Notes: generated by a model from the sequence alone, not told the origin. Counted from the first letter of the whole stretch, positions 1-10,525 are shown. The stretch: 63,973 nt of DNA, filler included, from an uncultured Methanosarcinales archaeon (GCA_964519225.1; 5 parts of 5 records of this genome joined end to end with filler, not necessarily neighbours in it), one strand, 5' to 3'. Numbers and translations: made by a program.

Positions 1-117
1 CACGCCGCTGGTAATGATATGTTTAACGCCGAGTTCTTTCCATCTTGGAATAAGTTGCTCCAGCTGGTTTGAAAATTCAGCATGGTCAAGATGAGCATGT
101 ACGTCGATAAGGTTCAT
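1..117 (-). CDS. tatD: TatD-family hydrolase, N-terminal part (runs off the window edge)
   Basis: Not in the ORF track. Minus strand from ATG 117 reads MNLIDVHAHLDHAEFSNQLEQLIPRWKELGVKHIITSGV, with the TatD DxHxH motif. The ATG overlaps the dhs stop (ATGA). Confidence 0.85.
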   Translation of the reverse strand, partial: MNLIDVHAHLDHAEFSNQLEQLIPRWKELGVKHIITSGV

Positions 118-1067
118 TTTTGTTTAAGGTAATCTAATATTGCTGCTACGAGAATTGGAAATGCGAGGGTTACGTCACAGCGCAAGTCGCATGTTAAAGC
201 TGACGGTTTTGCCTTTCCCCAACTTTTTGCTTCAACGATTTGCATTCCGCTTACGCCTCCGTGCTCTGGTCTATCCATTGTTATTTGGATGATGTAATCA
301 AGTGCATTTCCACTAGCTTGCATCATTCCCGGGACAAAGTGTTTTGGAACTCCTCCTCCAAGAATGAGCAAACCAAACCTTTTTCCTTTTTGCCAAACAA
401 TATCCATAAAATCTTTAATATCAAGTTGGGGATTGATCTTTAACTTATGGTTTTGGCTCCACATCCATAGGTGGAATCCAAGCATGCTGTCTGTAATACT
501 TGGACAATATATATCGATGTTGTTTTCATAGCAAGCCCTTATTATTGAATTTTTGTCTTTGATTAGGGCGCCAAGTTGCCTTAGAAATTCTCTTGGGCTA
601 AGCTCACGCTGCTCTATTTTAGGAAGCAGTTCTCTTATGCCAGTTTCAAGTTTTGCAAAACCTTCTTTTCGAAGAAAAACATCGTACATTCTGAATATTC
701 CTTCTGAGGCTAGTTTTCTATCATCAATAACAGCGCTTCCTTGAAAGTGCTTTTCACCAAAAGCTTCTATTAAGTCATGCGTAAGAATAGCGCCTGTTGT
801 TATAAATATATCAACCGCTTTTGCATTAAAGAACTTAACAAAAACATTTCTCATTCCTCCTGCAATCAGTGCACCAGCTGCGCTTAAGAATTTCACACAT
901 TCTTTGTCATCAAGCATTTTCATGTAAACTTGGACTGCCTCTGCCATTCTTTTTCCAGCATAGCCTGCGCCAGAAAGTTCGTTCACTAAATCAGTTACGC
1001 TCATCCCAGCCCAAACGTCCATTCGCTTTTCAAGTCTAGTTCCTTTGAGTGCTTTGATTTTATCCAT
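114..1067 (-). CDS. dys: Deoxyhypusine synthase
   Basis: LGGGVPKH, GGVSG and EAKSWGK (catalytic Lys) motifs; 317 aa. Confidence 0.9.
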   Translation of the reverse strand: MDKIKALKGTRLEKRMDVWAGMSVTDLVNELSGAGYAGKRMAEAVQVYMKMLDDKECVKFLSAAGALIAGGMRNVFVKFFNAKAVDIFITTGAILTHDLIEAFGEKHFQGSAVIDDRKLASEGIFRMYDVFLRKEGFAKLETGIRELLPKIEQRELSPREFLRQLGALIKDKNSIIRACYENNIDIYCPSITDSMLGFHLWMWSQNHKLKINPQLDIKDFMDIVWQKGKRFGLLILGGGVPKHFVPGMMQASGNALDYIIQITMDRPEHGGVSGMQIVEAKSWGKAKPSALTCDLRCDVTLAFPILVAAILDYLKQK

Positions 1068-1155
1068 TTGTTTTGGTTTTCATTCTTTTTCTTTAAAAGA
1101 TTTTTGATTAATTTTGAGAAAGATTTAAAATCTCAAGTACCTAACTTATCCGAAC

Positions 1156-1569
1156 ATGGGAAAGTATAGTGGGAAAAGTGTTGGAAACATGGCTAATTAT
1201 AAAGGAAAAGCTAGTGGAAAATATACTGACATTTATATAAATGGCAGAACTCAGAATTATTTAGAGCAGCATAGTCCTAGCTATTTAGAACATGTAAGTC
1301 ATTTAAAAAATACATCGAAATATGGCATAATGGATAGATATAACACTTATCAACAAAGGCTATGGAAAGATGTTGATAAATTGTTGGATTATAAAAGATT
1401 GATATTAAAAGAAAGTTTAGAATCTATCCCTAGAAAAGGAAGAGAAACAAGGGCTAGAATCGGGCCGAAAGGATGTTTATCATGCCCTCTTTTTCCTATT
1501 TGCAGAGGTGTAAAGAATTTATGTGGTAGTGATGCAAGTAAATATGATTTAGATCAGCTCTTAAACTGA
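1156..1569 (+). CDS. Hypothetical protein with C-terminal four-Cys cluster
   Basis: 137-aa ORF filling the gap between dhs and gpmI; contains CLSCPLFPICRGVKNLC. Confidence 0.6.
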   Translation: MGKYSGKSVGNMANYKGKASGKYTDIYINGRTQNYLEQHSPSYLEHVSHLKNTSKYGIMDRYNTYQQRLWKDVDKLLDYKRLILKESLESIPRKGRETRARIGPKGCLSCPLFPICRGVKNLCGSDASKYDLDQLLN

Positions 1570-3087
1570 TTTCTGAATTAATGAATTTCCAGTCATTTCT
1601 TTTGGCTTCTCTATTTGCATCAGCTCAAGAATTGTTGGTGCAATATCAGCAAGGATTCCGTTTTTTAGCTTTATGTTTTTGTGCTCGTCTGAAACGAGAA
1701 TAAAAGGGACTGGATTTGTCGTGTGTGTTGAAATTGGTTGTTTTGTTTTTGGATCAAGCATTAGTTCTGCATTGCCGTGATCTGCTGTTACTAAAGCTAT
1801 GCCTTTTTTCAGCTTTACTTTTTCTACAACTTCACCAACACATTTATCTACTGTTTCTGCTGCAACAATGGCTGCTTCGAGATTTGCTGTATGGCCAACC
1901 ATGTCGCAGTTTGCAAAATTCACAAGAATAAAATCATACTTATCCTTGTCCAGAGCTTTAATTACAGCATCTTTAATAGCAAAAGCAGACATTTCTGGTT
2001 TTAGATCATAAGTTCTGACTTTTGGGCTTGGGATTAAAATCCTGTCCTCACCTTTAAAAGGTCTTTCACGTTGGCCATTAAAGAAAAACGTAACATGGGC
2101 GTATTTTTCTGTTTCTGCTACTCTGAGCTGAAGCAGATTGTTTTTGCTTACGACTTCTCCAAGAATATTCCTCAATCTTAGTTTTCTAAATGCGATCAGT
2201 GCAGGCATATTTGGATAGTATTCTGTCATTGCAACGAATAAGATTTTTTTCTGCTTGATTCTATCAAAGCCGTCAAAGTATTTCTCAACAAAGGCTTGTG
2301 TAAGCTGTCTTGCCCTATCATAGCGGAAGTTGAAGAAAATAATTGCATCATTGTCTTTTACACCCTTGTAATTTGCTATAACTGTTGGTGTAATGAATTC
2401 GTCTGTTTCATTGCTTTGATATGCTTTTTTAACGGCTTCTTCTGGTGTTTTCGCTTTTCTTCCCTTTCCTTCAGCAATGGCTAGATAAGCTTTTTCTGTT
2501 CTATCCCAACGCTTGTCGCGATCCATTGCATAGAATCTTCCGCTTATGGTTGCAATCGCTGCTGGAAATTTAGCAATTTGTTCTTTAAGTTTAGCTAAAT
2601 AGTGAAGAGCGCTTTTTATTGGCGTGTCTCTTCCGTCAGTAAAGATGTGCAGAATTGGCTTTATGCCATGGTCGCTGCATAGCTTAAGCAGAGCATAAAG
2701 ATGGACATCATAGGCATGAACACCTGCATCTGAAAGTAATCCCATAATGTGCAAATTGGATTTGTTTTTATGGACGTGCGCTATTGCTTTAAGCAATGCT
2801 TTATTTTGAAAAAATTTTCCATCGGCAATCGCGTCGCTGATTCTTATAACGTCTTCTTTTACTATTCTTCCTGCGCCTATGTTAAGATGTCCTGTTTCGC
2901 TGTTGCCAAACATTCCTTCAAGCAAACCAACAGCTTTTCCGCTTGCTTCTAGCTGACAATGAGGATAATTTTTCCATAAGGAATTAAAGTTAGGAGTATC
3001 TGCTAAAGCTAGTGCATTGCCTTCTTTTTCTTTCCGCAAACCCCATCCATCCATGATGATTAACACAATTGGTGCTTTGAGTTTCAT
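1561..3087 (-). CDS. gpmI: 2,3-bisphosphoglycerate-independent phosphoglycerate mutase (bacterial GpmI type)
   Basis: IMDGWG, GNSETGH, GRFYAMDRD, AETEKYAHVTFFFNG, DMVGH and TADHGNAE motifs. Confidence 0.96.
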   Translation of the reverse strand: MKLKAPIVLIIMDGWGLRKEKEGNALALADTPNFNSLWKNYPHCQLEASGKAVGLLEGMFGNSETGHLNIGAGRIVKEDVIRISDAIADGKFFQNKALLKAIAHVHKNKSNLHIMGLLSDAGVHAYDVHLYALLKLCSDHGIKPILHIFTDGRDTPIKSALHYLAKLKEQIAKFPAAIATISGRFYAMDRDKRWDRTEKAYLAIAEGKGRKAKTPEEAVKKAYQSNETDEFITPTVIANYKGVKDNDAIIFFNFRYDRARQLTQAFVEKYFDGFDRIKQKKILFVAMTEYYPNMPALIAFRKLRLRNILGEVVSKNNLLQLRVAETEKYAHVTFFFNGQRERPFKGEDRILIPSPKVRTYDLKPEMSAFAIKDAVIKALDKDKYDFILVNFANCDMVGHTANLEAAIVAAETVDKCVGEVVEKVKLKKGIALVTADHGNAELMLDPKTKQPISTHTTNPVPFILVSDEHKNIKLKNGILADIAPTILELMQIEKPKEMTGNSLIQKSV

Positions 3088-4289
3088 TTTAGTTCTTGTT
3101 CAATTTCAATCAACCTGTTATATTTTGCTGTTCTTTCGCCTCTGCAAGGAGCACCTATCTTTATACCGAAAGCAGATAAACCCACAGCAAGATCAGCAAT
3201 AAAGCTATCGCATGTGTCGCCGCTTCTATGGCTTATGATTATCGGCCATTTGAATTTTTTTGCGAGATTTGCTGCGAGGATTGTTTCTGTTATAGTTCCA
3301 ATCTGGTTTGGTTTTATTAGTAAAGTAGTGCATAAGTTGAGTTTCTTTGCAAGCTCGATCCTTTTAGGGTTTGTTGCTGTAAGGTCATCACCGACAAGCA
3401 TGCAATTAAGTACTTTTGTGGCTTTTTGCCATGCCTCAAGGTCTTGCTCGGCAAAAGGGTCCTCTAGTGATAAAAGCTTGTATTTTTTGATATAATTTTT
3501 GTATTGTTCAAGAAGACTTGCTGAGCTGGTTTTTTTTGGTATAAAGTAATAACCTGACTTAAACAGTGAGGAAGCAGCGACGTCTAATGCAATTTGAACT
3601 CTTTTATCTATCTTTTTTGCAGAGACATGCAAGATTTCAAGCGCTTCATCGTTGTTAATGTTTGGTGTGAATCCACCTTCATCGCCGACGCTCGTTGATA
3701 AGCGTCGTTTCTTAAGTGTGGATTTTATATCATAGTAAATGGAATGGATTTGTTCTATTCCTTTCATTCCTTTTGCTTTTGGAACAGCAAGAAATTCCTG
3801 AAAGCTGAGCTTTGTTTCTGCGTGCATGCCGCCATTGATCAGATTTGCATAAATTCTTGGTAGGTTCGGTTTTTTGCATGATGAAAGTTCTGCAATGTAT
3901 TCAAATAAAGGTCTTTCTTCTACTTTTGCACCAGCTTTGCACACAGCTATGCTTACAGCAAGAATTGCATTAGCTCCGAGTCTTGATTTTCTTTGAGTTC
4001 CATCAAGCATTAACATTAGATTGTCGATTTTTTGCTGTTTGCGGCAGTCTATTCCAATAATCTTTTTTGCGATTATCTCATTAATGTTTTTTACTGCTTT
4101 TCTTACGCCAAGCCCTGAAAATCTTTTTCTGTTTCCATCCCTTAGCTCAATTGCTTCATATGCTCCTTTGCTTTTTCCGCTTGGCACAGAAGCAGTAACA
4201 ATATGTTTTTCTGTCTTCAAAACAACTTTTACTGTTGGGTTTCCTCTGCTATCTAATATCTCATATGCTTTAATTGATTTAATTTTCAT
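3084..4289 (-). CDS. eno: Enolase
   Basis: EILDSRGNPT, VGDEGGF, VGDDL, IKPNQIGT and SHRSG motifs. Confidence 0.96.
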   Translation of the reverse strand: MKIKSIKAYEILDSRGNPTVKVVLKTEKHIVTASVPSGKSKGAYEAIELRDGNRKRFSGLGVRKAVKNINEIIAKKIIGIDCRKQQKIDNLMLMLDGTQRKSRLGANAILAVSIAVCKAGAKVEERPLFEYIAELSSCKKPNLPRIYANLINGGMHAETKLSFQEFLAVPKAKGMKGIEQIHSIYYDIKSTLKKRRLSTSVGDEGGFTPNINNDEALEILHVSAKKIDKRVQIALDVAASSLFKSGYYFIPKKTSSASLLEQYKNYIKKYKLLSLEDPFAEQDLEAWQKATKVLNCMLVGDDLTATNPKRIELAKKLNLCTTLLIKPNQIGTITETILAANLAKKFKWPIIISHRSGDTCDSFIADLAVGLSAFGIKIGAPCRGERTAKYNRLIEIEQELK

Positions 4290-5221
4290 CTTCTTCGTGC
4301 TTCGATAAAGGCTTTTCTTAGTGTAGATTCGCTCCAGCCTTCACTAAGAAGAATTTGTTTTAATTGTTCATCAGAATAACCTTCTGCTCTTGCCATTTTT
4401 ATATAATCAATTAAACGCTGCATTGTCTCTGGAGGGATTTCACGAGAAAGCATTTCAGAAGCCAGACGTCTTTTACTTCTCTTAAGTTCATAGAAGACGA
4501 CGAACAATCCAACGCTGACTGCAGCGATTATTAAAATAATTAGAAAAGTAGAAAATCTTTTTTCGACCTTTTTCATTTCAATTTCTGGGGGCTTTTCTTC
4601 TGGCAGGATTTCTTCTTTTATTTCTTCGGGTGGTTTTTCTGGTGTTGGTGCTGGTGTATAAACACAGCTTTCTGTTTCTGTTCTTGGAGGCAGGTTGCAC
4701 AGCATATCATAACAGATTCTTGTTCTGATGCCTTCTTCTGTACATGGTCCCCAAGCAGTACAGTTCCATTTTGGAGAACATCCTCGTCGGCGTCTTCTTG
4801 CAGCAGGTTTCTCTTCTGGAGGTGCTGGAGCTGTGACTTGTGCTGGTTTTCCTGTGATTTTGTTTACCTGATCTTGCGTCAAAGTTATGTCAATCTTTTC
4901 TATTGTCTTTGTATAGGTTTGATGATCGACTAAAACATCGTTTATACAAACATCCACGGTTTCACCGGTGACATAACCTTCTTTGTCGGGTGTGTCTGGA
5001 TCATCAACAGGAATAAGGATTACGGGATCATAACCATAACTTTCTTTTGCTATGCCTCTTGCATATTCAACGCCGCTAATCTTGAATACGATTGGATAAT
5101 CCTGCGGCAAGTCTGGAGTAATGTCGCCGTAAACTTGAATTGGTAACTGGGGAACCGCTTCAACTATGTTTATTGCTATGATGATTATTGAAAATAAAAT
5201 CAAAACACTAAAAGACTTCAC
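4286..5221 (-). CDS. Single-pass cell-surface protein with Cys/Trp TSP1-like module and small cytoplasmic helical domain
   Basis: N-terminal signal peptide; CSPKWNCTAWGPC...RTRIC...C...C module; Pro/Glu linker; TM helix FLIILIIAAVSVGLFVVFY; C-terminal YI..AR..GY....LKQILL..GW domain. Confidence 0.75.
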   Translation of the reverse strand: MKSFSVLILFSIIIIAINIVEAVPQLPIQVYGDITPDLPQDYPIVFKISGVEYARGIAKESYGYDPVILIPVDDPDTPDKEGYVTGETVDVCINDVLVDHQTYTKTIEKIDITLTQDQVNKITGKPAQVTAPAPPEEKPAARRRRRGCSPKWNCTAWGPCTEEGIRTRICYDMLCNLPPRTETESCVYTPAPTPEKPPEEIKEEILPEEKPPEIEMKKVEKRFSTFLIILIIAAVSVGLFVVFYELKRSKRRLASEMLSREIPPETMQRLIDYIKMARAEGYSDEQLKQILLSEGWSESTLRKAFIEARRR

Positions 5222-7806
5222 GGAACTATCACCCCACTTTCATTAAAGTAAAACCAATAACCTTGTCCAGGCATTAACGCTGATGTTTTAGCTATTGGTG
5301 CTATGATTTGCGTTATCGGATCAAGCCGGTATATGGCTTCGCATTTATCAAACATTGTTTTGAGGTATGCTACAGTATTGATTGGGTAAGGTAAAGCTAA
5401 ACCGAGAAGATTCCATCCTTGATTAACATAAATGCTAGGTATGGTTGGTGTTGGTTTTGTTGATGTTACAACCACATTAATGTCTGTTGTTGCGTTGATC
5501 CAATAAGCATAACCTGGTTCAAAATGATCGAATCCTGCTGTGCTTGGAATTGCCGGATTCGAATGCCATATCTGCCAGCCGGTTGCAGGTGAGTAGCCCC
5601 AGATCGAAGATATAGCGCCAGAGGCAAGTGAGTTAAAATCAGTAAAGGACATGTCCATATAAAACGGGAATGAAATTAAGTTAAATCCTTCTTTTAATGC
5701 AAGGGTTATTTGATTAGGAGAATAGACATAAATAGTGAATATTAATGTAAAATTATTTGAAGGTTTCCCCTGCTGCCATATCATATAAGTGAGCTGACAT
5801 AAACCTGGTTGGTTTATTGTTGCTTGGGTTGTGATCTCAACAGATTTTCCTGTATCAATAGTTGCATAGTTTACGCCTGCTGGTTTTAGAAAATAATGGG
5901 TTATTAAAGAGCATGTTGTTCTAGCAAAATCGATATCCCAAGCAAAAGATGCATTTGAGCCAAAGTTCACTGCAATCATTGACATGTTGAATGCTTTTCC
6001 TAATTCTACGCTAAAGTAAGTCGGCACTGTCGGGGCTAACACAACAGTTCCAGACGGTGATATCAAGGAGACCAATGGTACAACACCAAAGGTAACATTC
6101 ACTACAGCAACAGGACCTGTTACTGGCGTTGTGGTTATTGGCGCAACAGTGATATTTGTAACAGTGACTGGAACTGTAATTGGTACAGCGCCTGTAAGCG
6201 ATGTTGGGTATGCTTGAAGATAGGCCTTAAGCAAGCCCGTTGCATCGGTTCCTGCTGTAATTGTTGATTCGATATAAATTATGTGATCTGTGCTTTGCCA
6301 TATATAACCGTGATAGGCTGGGTTTGCAGGATTTGTTATTTCATAAACATAGTAAGTTGTGTTAAAAATTAGATTGAATCCTGCTGTGGTTAAATCATTC
6401 AAGTAGTTTGAGAAATCATTTGCGCCATTCCATACAATAGAGACATTATGATTATTTCCATTGTCATCTTCGTAAGTTGCTGTATATACATCATTTCCAT
6501 ACGCATCCATAGAAGAATAAGAAGATAGGTAGTAGTAAGTGCTTCCTGTAATTATTCTTGTAAGTAGTTTTTGAAAATAATGTTTTCCTAAAGAGTAAAT
6601 TGAAGTTACGTCTTTGCCATCGCATTCGGCTTCGATTTTCATAGCAAGATGTTTTCCTTCCAATGATTTGAACGTATCGGCATTAGCTTTAAGGATAAGA
6701 ACTTTACTTATTGAATTGTAATCGTATCTCATAGGTATATTGTTGATGTGAATGGATTTTATGTCAAATGACGAACAGTCTATTTGCATACTCAATTCAA
6801 GAGAATATTCATTCGCTTTTGGATCAAGTTCTATTGAAACTGGCGTTTTTCCATAAAGTTTTTCAGGTTTGAATGCGCATGCTAGGTCTTGTTGTTTTGT
6901 TTCGCCTGGTTCGCATACTTCGACTATGCCGGATGAGATTATGTATGTCTTTCCACCGGCGTATGATGCGATTTGAGCTTCCATAGTAGTGCTTTCTGGC
7001 AAGGTTTTACCATCGAAATAGGATTGAAGAATCTCTGATACTTTGTCAGAAAGAAAAACAGCAAAGTTGTTGCCATTCGGCATTATTATTCCTATTCCTT
7101 TTTGTTGGGTTTCAGCTGGGATATATTCTAGATTAAATTTTGATGCAAGCGCTTTGTCAAAACTTACAACAATGAAATTTTCGTAATTGTTAGCTATTTC
7201 TGTTTCAAGAAACATCGGAATGCATAGTTGGACATTAACCTGTGCTGTTTGTCCTGGAACTGGTTGGTTGATTGACGTTGGGAGGGGTGCTGTTATTGGT
7301 GTTGTTATGGATGTTGTTGGCTGTTGAACTTGAGTGAGTATTGTAGAAATTGGTGTTGGCAGTGCTAAGGTGTTTTGTAAAGTAGGAAGGTTTCCGATAA
7401 GCATAACATCTTTTCCTGATTTAAGAAGATACGCAAAAACAAACTGGTTGTTTGCATTGAGCCAAACTTTGTTTAAGCCATCTGCAATAGGCTGCGTTGT
7501 GCTTATAGTGATTGTTTGTTGCGTACATTGGGGTTGTATTTCTTTAGCTAATTTGATTATCAAGTTCGTCTTTTTTAAATCATAAGATGAAGCATCTAGG
7601 TTTGGGAAAACAAAGACCACTTTATTAGCATTCTGCTTTAAAACAGAGAATACGTTTTTGAAAGTAATTTCTTGTCCTTGAAACAGAACTTTTTCTTTTG
7701 TTAAATGATAGCTAAACAAGCCTGTTATGTTCGCTGCAGAGAAAAATATGCCGATCATTATTAAAGCTATAATAGTAGAAAGAATGATTGAAGTTTTATC
7801 TGGCAT
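5218..7806 (-). CDS. Large secreted or surface (S-layer-like) protein
   Basis: Start moved to ATG 7806, which follows a GAGGTG SD. N-terminal hydrophobic helix, Thr/Pro/Val-rich linkers, and C-terminal GFNLIS..PGYAYW / GWNLLG..PGQGYW repeats. Confidence 0.7.
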   Translation of the reverse strand: MPDKTSIILSTIIALIMIGIFFSAANITGLFSYHLTKEKVLFQGQEITFKNVFSVLKQNANKVVFVFPNLDASSYDLKKTNLIIKLAKEIQPQCTQQTITISTTQPIADGLNKVWLNANNQFVFAYLLKSGKDVMLIGNLPTLQNTLALPTPISTILTQVQQPTTSITTPITAPLPTSINQPVPGQTAQVNVQLCIPMFLETEIANNYENFIVVSFDKALASKFNLEYIPAETQQKGIGIIMPNGNNFAVFLSDKVSEILQSYFDGKTLPESTTMEAQIASYAGGKTYIISSGIVEVCEPGETKQQDLACAFKPEKLYGKTPVSIELDPKANEYSLELSMQIDCSSFDIKSIHINNIPMRYDYNSISKVLILKANADTFKSLEGKHLAMKIEAECDGKDVTSIYSLGKHYFQKLLTRIITGSTYYYLSSYSSMDAYGNDVYTATYEDDNGNNHNVSIVWNGANDFSNYLNDLTTAGFNLIFNTTYYVYEITNPANPAYHGYIWQSTDHIIYIESTITAGTDATGLLKAYLQAYPTSLTGAVPITVPVTVTNITVAPITTTPVTGPVAVVNVTFGVVPLVSLISPSGTVVLAPTVPTYFSVELGKAFNMSMIAVNFGSNASFAWDIDFARTTCSLITHYFLKPAGVNYATIDTGKSVEITTQATINQPGLCQLTYMIWQQGKPSNNFTLIFTIYVYSPNQITLALKEGFNLISFPFYMDMSFTDFNSLASGAISSIWGYSPATGWQIWHSNPAIPSTAGFDHFEPGYAYWINATTDINVVVTSTKPTPTIPSIYVNQGWNLLGLALPYPINTVAYLKTMFDKCEAIYRLDPITQIIAPIAKTSALMPGQGYWFYFNESGVIVP

Positions 7807-7873
7807 TTTCTGCACCTCTTTTTCGGGAACGATGGAAGAAACATATTTAAACTTTTTGTGTATATTTTCATGC

Positions 7874-8212
7874 ATGATAGAACACTATTCCTTTGGTGAG
7901 TTTGTAGTTGATGGAAAAAGGTTTGAAAGCAATATCATTCTTCTCGGCAGAACAGTTAAACCAGCAAGATATTTACCTGGACATGACCTCACACTAGAGG
8001 ATATTAAGCCGCTTGTTGATTTTAAACCAGAAGTTATTATAATCGGAACCGGAGCATATGGTGTAATAAAAGTTAAAGATGAAATTAAACGATGTGTTGA
8101 AGAAAGAGGGATTAAGTTAATAATAGCGGAAACAAAGAAAGCATGTGATAAATATAATGAACTTCTAGCAAAAGGAGTTAAGGTTGCTGCTTTTTTGCAT
8201 AATACTTGTTAA
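7874..8212 (+). CDS. Mth938-like (DUF498) domain protein
   Basis: True start is probably ATG 7874 (MIEHYSFGEFVVDGK). Contains PEVIIIGTGAYG and the C-terminal AAFLHNTC typical of the family. Confidence 0.88.
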   Translation: MIEHYSFGEFVVDGKRFESNIILLGRTVKPARYLPGHDLTLEDIKPLVDFKPEVIIIGTGAYGVIKVKDEIKRCVEERGIKLIIAETKKACDKYNELLAKGVKVAAFLHNTC

Positions 8213-8271
8213 AAATGTTGTTATATAAAGGACAACAAGCGTTTTTATACCTCGCTGAAATTCTTTAGCAC

Positions 8272-9327
8272 ATGTTTGCTATTGTTGGGCGCGGAAAGCC
8301 TAAGGAAACTGTTCCTCTTATTTTTAAGCTTTCAGGTTCACCCGACTCTGAATTCACCTTGTGTGATTTGATAAATTCTATATTCAATGATAAAGTAAGA
8401 AATTATATAGGAATGGTGTGCAAGCACGGCTGGAATTATATACGAGCTTATGATCATATTAAAGAAGAGGTTAAACAGGGCAAAAAAGATTTCGGGCATT
8501 TTTTTGCAACGCTTATTAATTGTATCGGCGGGATCTATGCATTTTATTATAATTCCCTACTAAATCGAATGGATGCCGAACTTGACGCTTATTTTAAACA
8601 ATTTATGGGAACTCTTTCGGTATGGGTATGTGATAAAAAGAATGGAAGAATGTTAAAAACAGGCGATGCAGATGAAATTGTCGACTTGAATATGCCGCTA
8701 AAAAGCTATGTTTGCGAAATTCCGGTTGAAAAGGGCAATAATAGGTCTGTGGTTGGAATAGAGTTATGGATGGACTATAGAACAAATCAAACTTCTCCTG
8801 GATTAAAGGAATTAAAAGATGCTGAGAAGGTATTAGAAAAAGCACTTAACGAAGTATACTCGGATTCTAAGGAAATTTGGAAGCGCTGGATTGAATCTTT
8901 GCATGATAGAATAAATGAACATCGTACTCAAGCTTATCGGCTTAATGTTGATAGAAAAATAACTGTGGAAAAATTAAAAGAAAGTCGGGGAGGGCGACGA
9001 GTTATAGAAAATAAAAGAGTATCGATAAAAGAATTTCTATGCAGAGAATATTCAAATTTATTGTTTGTAATAGACAAAATGAAAGATAGTTGGGTCGGCG
9101 ATGAAATCAACAAATACTTAAGCTATATGCAACGGCAGGTTCGTAATTTTAAGGAATGGCCATTTGAATACGAAAAAAAGTTGAAAGAACATATTCAAAT
9201 GTATATGACGGACGCTGGAGAACTTTTAAGGGCGCTTGAATGGAAAGATTTTATTCATCGTGCTTGTTACGATAATGCAACGTTTATCTATGTCTTCGAC
9301 CTTGAAAAAGTTGGTTCTTTTTGTTGA
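8272..9327 (+). CDS. Hypothetical protein
   Basis: 351-aa ORF with no motif I recognise. Confidence 0.6.
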   Translation: MFAIVGRGKPKETVPLIFKLSGSPDSEFTLCDLINSIFNDKVRNYIGMVCKHGWNYIRAYDHIKEEVKQGKKDFGHFFATLINCIGGIYAFYYNSLLNRMDAELDAYFKQFMGTLSVWVCDKKNGRMLKTGDADEIVDLNMPLKSYVCEIPVEKGNNRSVVGIELWMDYRTNQTSPGLKELKDAEKVLEKALNEVYSDSKEIWKRWIESLHDRINEHRTQAYRLNVDRKITVEKLKESRGGRRVIENKRVSIKEFLCREYSNLLFVIDKMKDSWVGDEINKYLSYMQRQVRNFKEWPFEYEKKLKEHIQMYMTDAGELLRALEWKDFIHRACYDNATFIYVFDLEKVGSFC

Positions 9328-9412
9328 ATTTTGTTGTAAAATCTGTTGTCATTAATGCTACATCAAGAATTTTTATACCAAATTACACATAAATAATAAT
9401 AGGTGAGCAAAA

Positions 9413-9598
9413 ATGGGGGTGCTGAGAAAGATTCTTTTGGTTGCCGCTTTAGTTGGAGTTACTGCTTATGCAACTTATCGTTATAGGGATTGGATTAGCA
9501 GAGAGGTCGAGCCAAGAATTGAATACGTTGTGAACAGCGTTAAGAAGACATTTGAGAAAAATTTCTCTGAGTATTACAAGCGGATTAAAAATGAGTAA
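9413..9598 (+). CDS. Small single-TM hypothetical protein (orphan operon gene 1)
   Basis: AGGTGA SD upstream; N-terminal hydrophobic helix. Confidence 0.7.
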   Translation: MGVLRKILLVAALVGVTAYATYRYRDWISREVEPRIEYVVNSVKKTFEKNFSEYYKRIKNE

Positions 9599-10082
9599 AA
9601 GCCTAGAAAATTTGGTTAAAGAACAGAAAGTTGGTGGATGGACAAGGTTAAAGGATTTTTTCAAATCTCGCTTTTTGCCAATGATGCTAATGGCTGCTAT
9701 AAGCTATTTTGCTTTTGGTGGTGGAAGAAAAAGGATTGTCGGAGCGCTTGGATTTTCTGATGACAAGAATTATTTCATCATCAGAGTGAAAGATGGAAAA
9801 GTGTACATGAAAACAGAGTACGGTGAAAGAAGTTTAGCATTTTCATGCGATGAAGATATTCCTTATTTGGTTAAAGTAAGACAAGAAATCAGCAAAGCAT
9901 TACCCGGAAAAGTCCTCGTGCAGGAAATTAACAGAGAACTTAGTAGGATGCCTCCAGAGTATTTTGATCCAAAAATTGTTGCGAAGCTAACCAAATATGC
10001 GGCTGATAATAATCTTTTCAACGACATTGGTAATGCGTACTTAGCAAAGAAGTTTTCTGAAAATCTGAAATCTGATAGGTGA
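9591..10082 (+). CDS. Membrane-anchored hypothetical protein (operon gene 2)
   Basis: ATG 9591 overlaps the previous stop; hydrophobic segment FLPMMLMAAISYFAFGG. Confidence 0.7.
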   Translation: MSKSLENLVKEQKVGGWTRLKDFFKSRFLPMMLMAAISYFAFGGGRKRIVGALGFSDDKNYFIIRVKDGKVYMKTEYGERSLAFSCDEDIPYLVKVRQEISKALPGKVLVQEINRELSRMPPEYFDPKIVAKLTKYAADNNLFNDIGNAYLAKKFSENLKSDR

Positions 10083-10088
10083 TCTAAA

Positions 10089-10520
10089 ATGGGATGGGGA
10101 AAAAAGATCTTGCTAGTTGGAGGACTCTTGACTGGCTTGTGGATTTACTCAGGCTTAAGGCCTGAAAAAGAAGTAAGGATACTGTATGAAAGAATACAGT
10201 TCGAGAAACCTGTTCAAAAAGCAAGAGAAGGTTATGTCTCTGCTAAGGATGTTCAGTTTGAAAGATATCTTACACCAAAAGGAGAAGTTATTGAAATCAG
10301 GGACTTAAGAACTGGAAAGAATTATGCATTAACTGATGATGATGGAGAACTAACAATAACTGGACTTGGTGAGGAGATAGTAAGGAAAGTTGATGATATT
10401 ACTGATAAACTGTTTGGAAAAACCGATGTTGATTCTAAATTATTAGAAAAGAAGGTTAGCGTTTCTCAACAAGCCGAGGAAAAAGTTGTTTCAGATTATA
10501 AAAATTGGTTGAGGAGGTGA
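10089..10520 (+). CDS. Membrane-anchored hypothetical protein (operon gene 3)
   Basis: AGGTGA SD; N-terminal anchor MGWGKKILLVGGLLTGLWIY. Confidence 0.75.
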   Translation: MGWGKKILLVGGLLTGLWIYSGLRPEKEVRILYERIQFEKPVQKAREGYVSAKDVQFERYLTPKGEVIEIRDLRTGKNYALTDDDGELTITGLGEEIVRKVDDITDKLFGKTDVDSKLLEKKVSVSQQAEEKVVSDYKNWLRR

Positions 10521-10525
10521 AAAAA

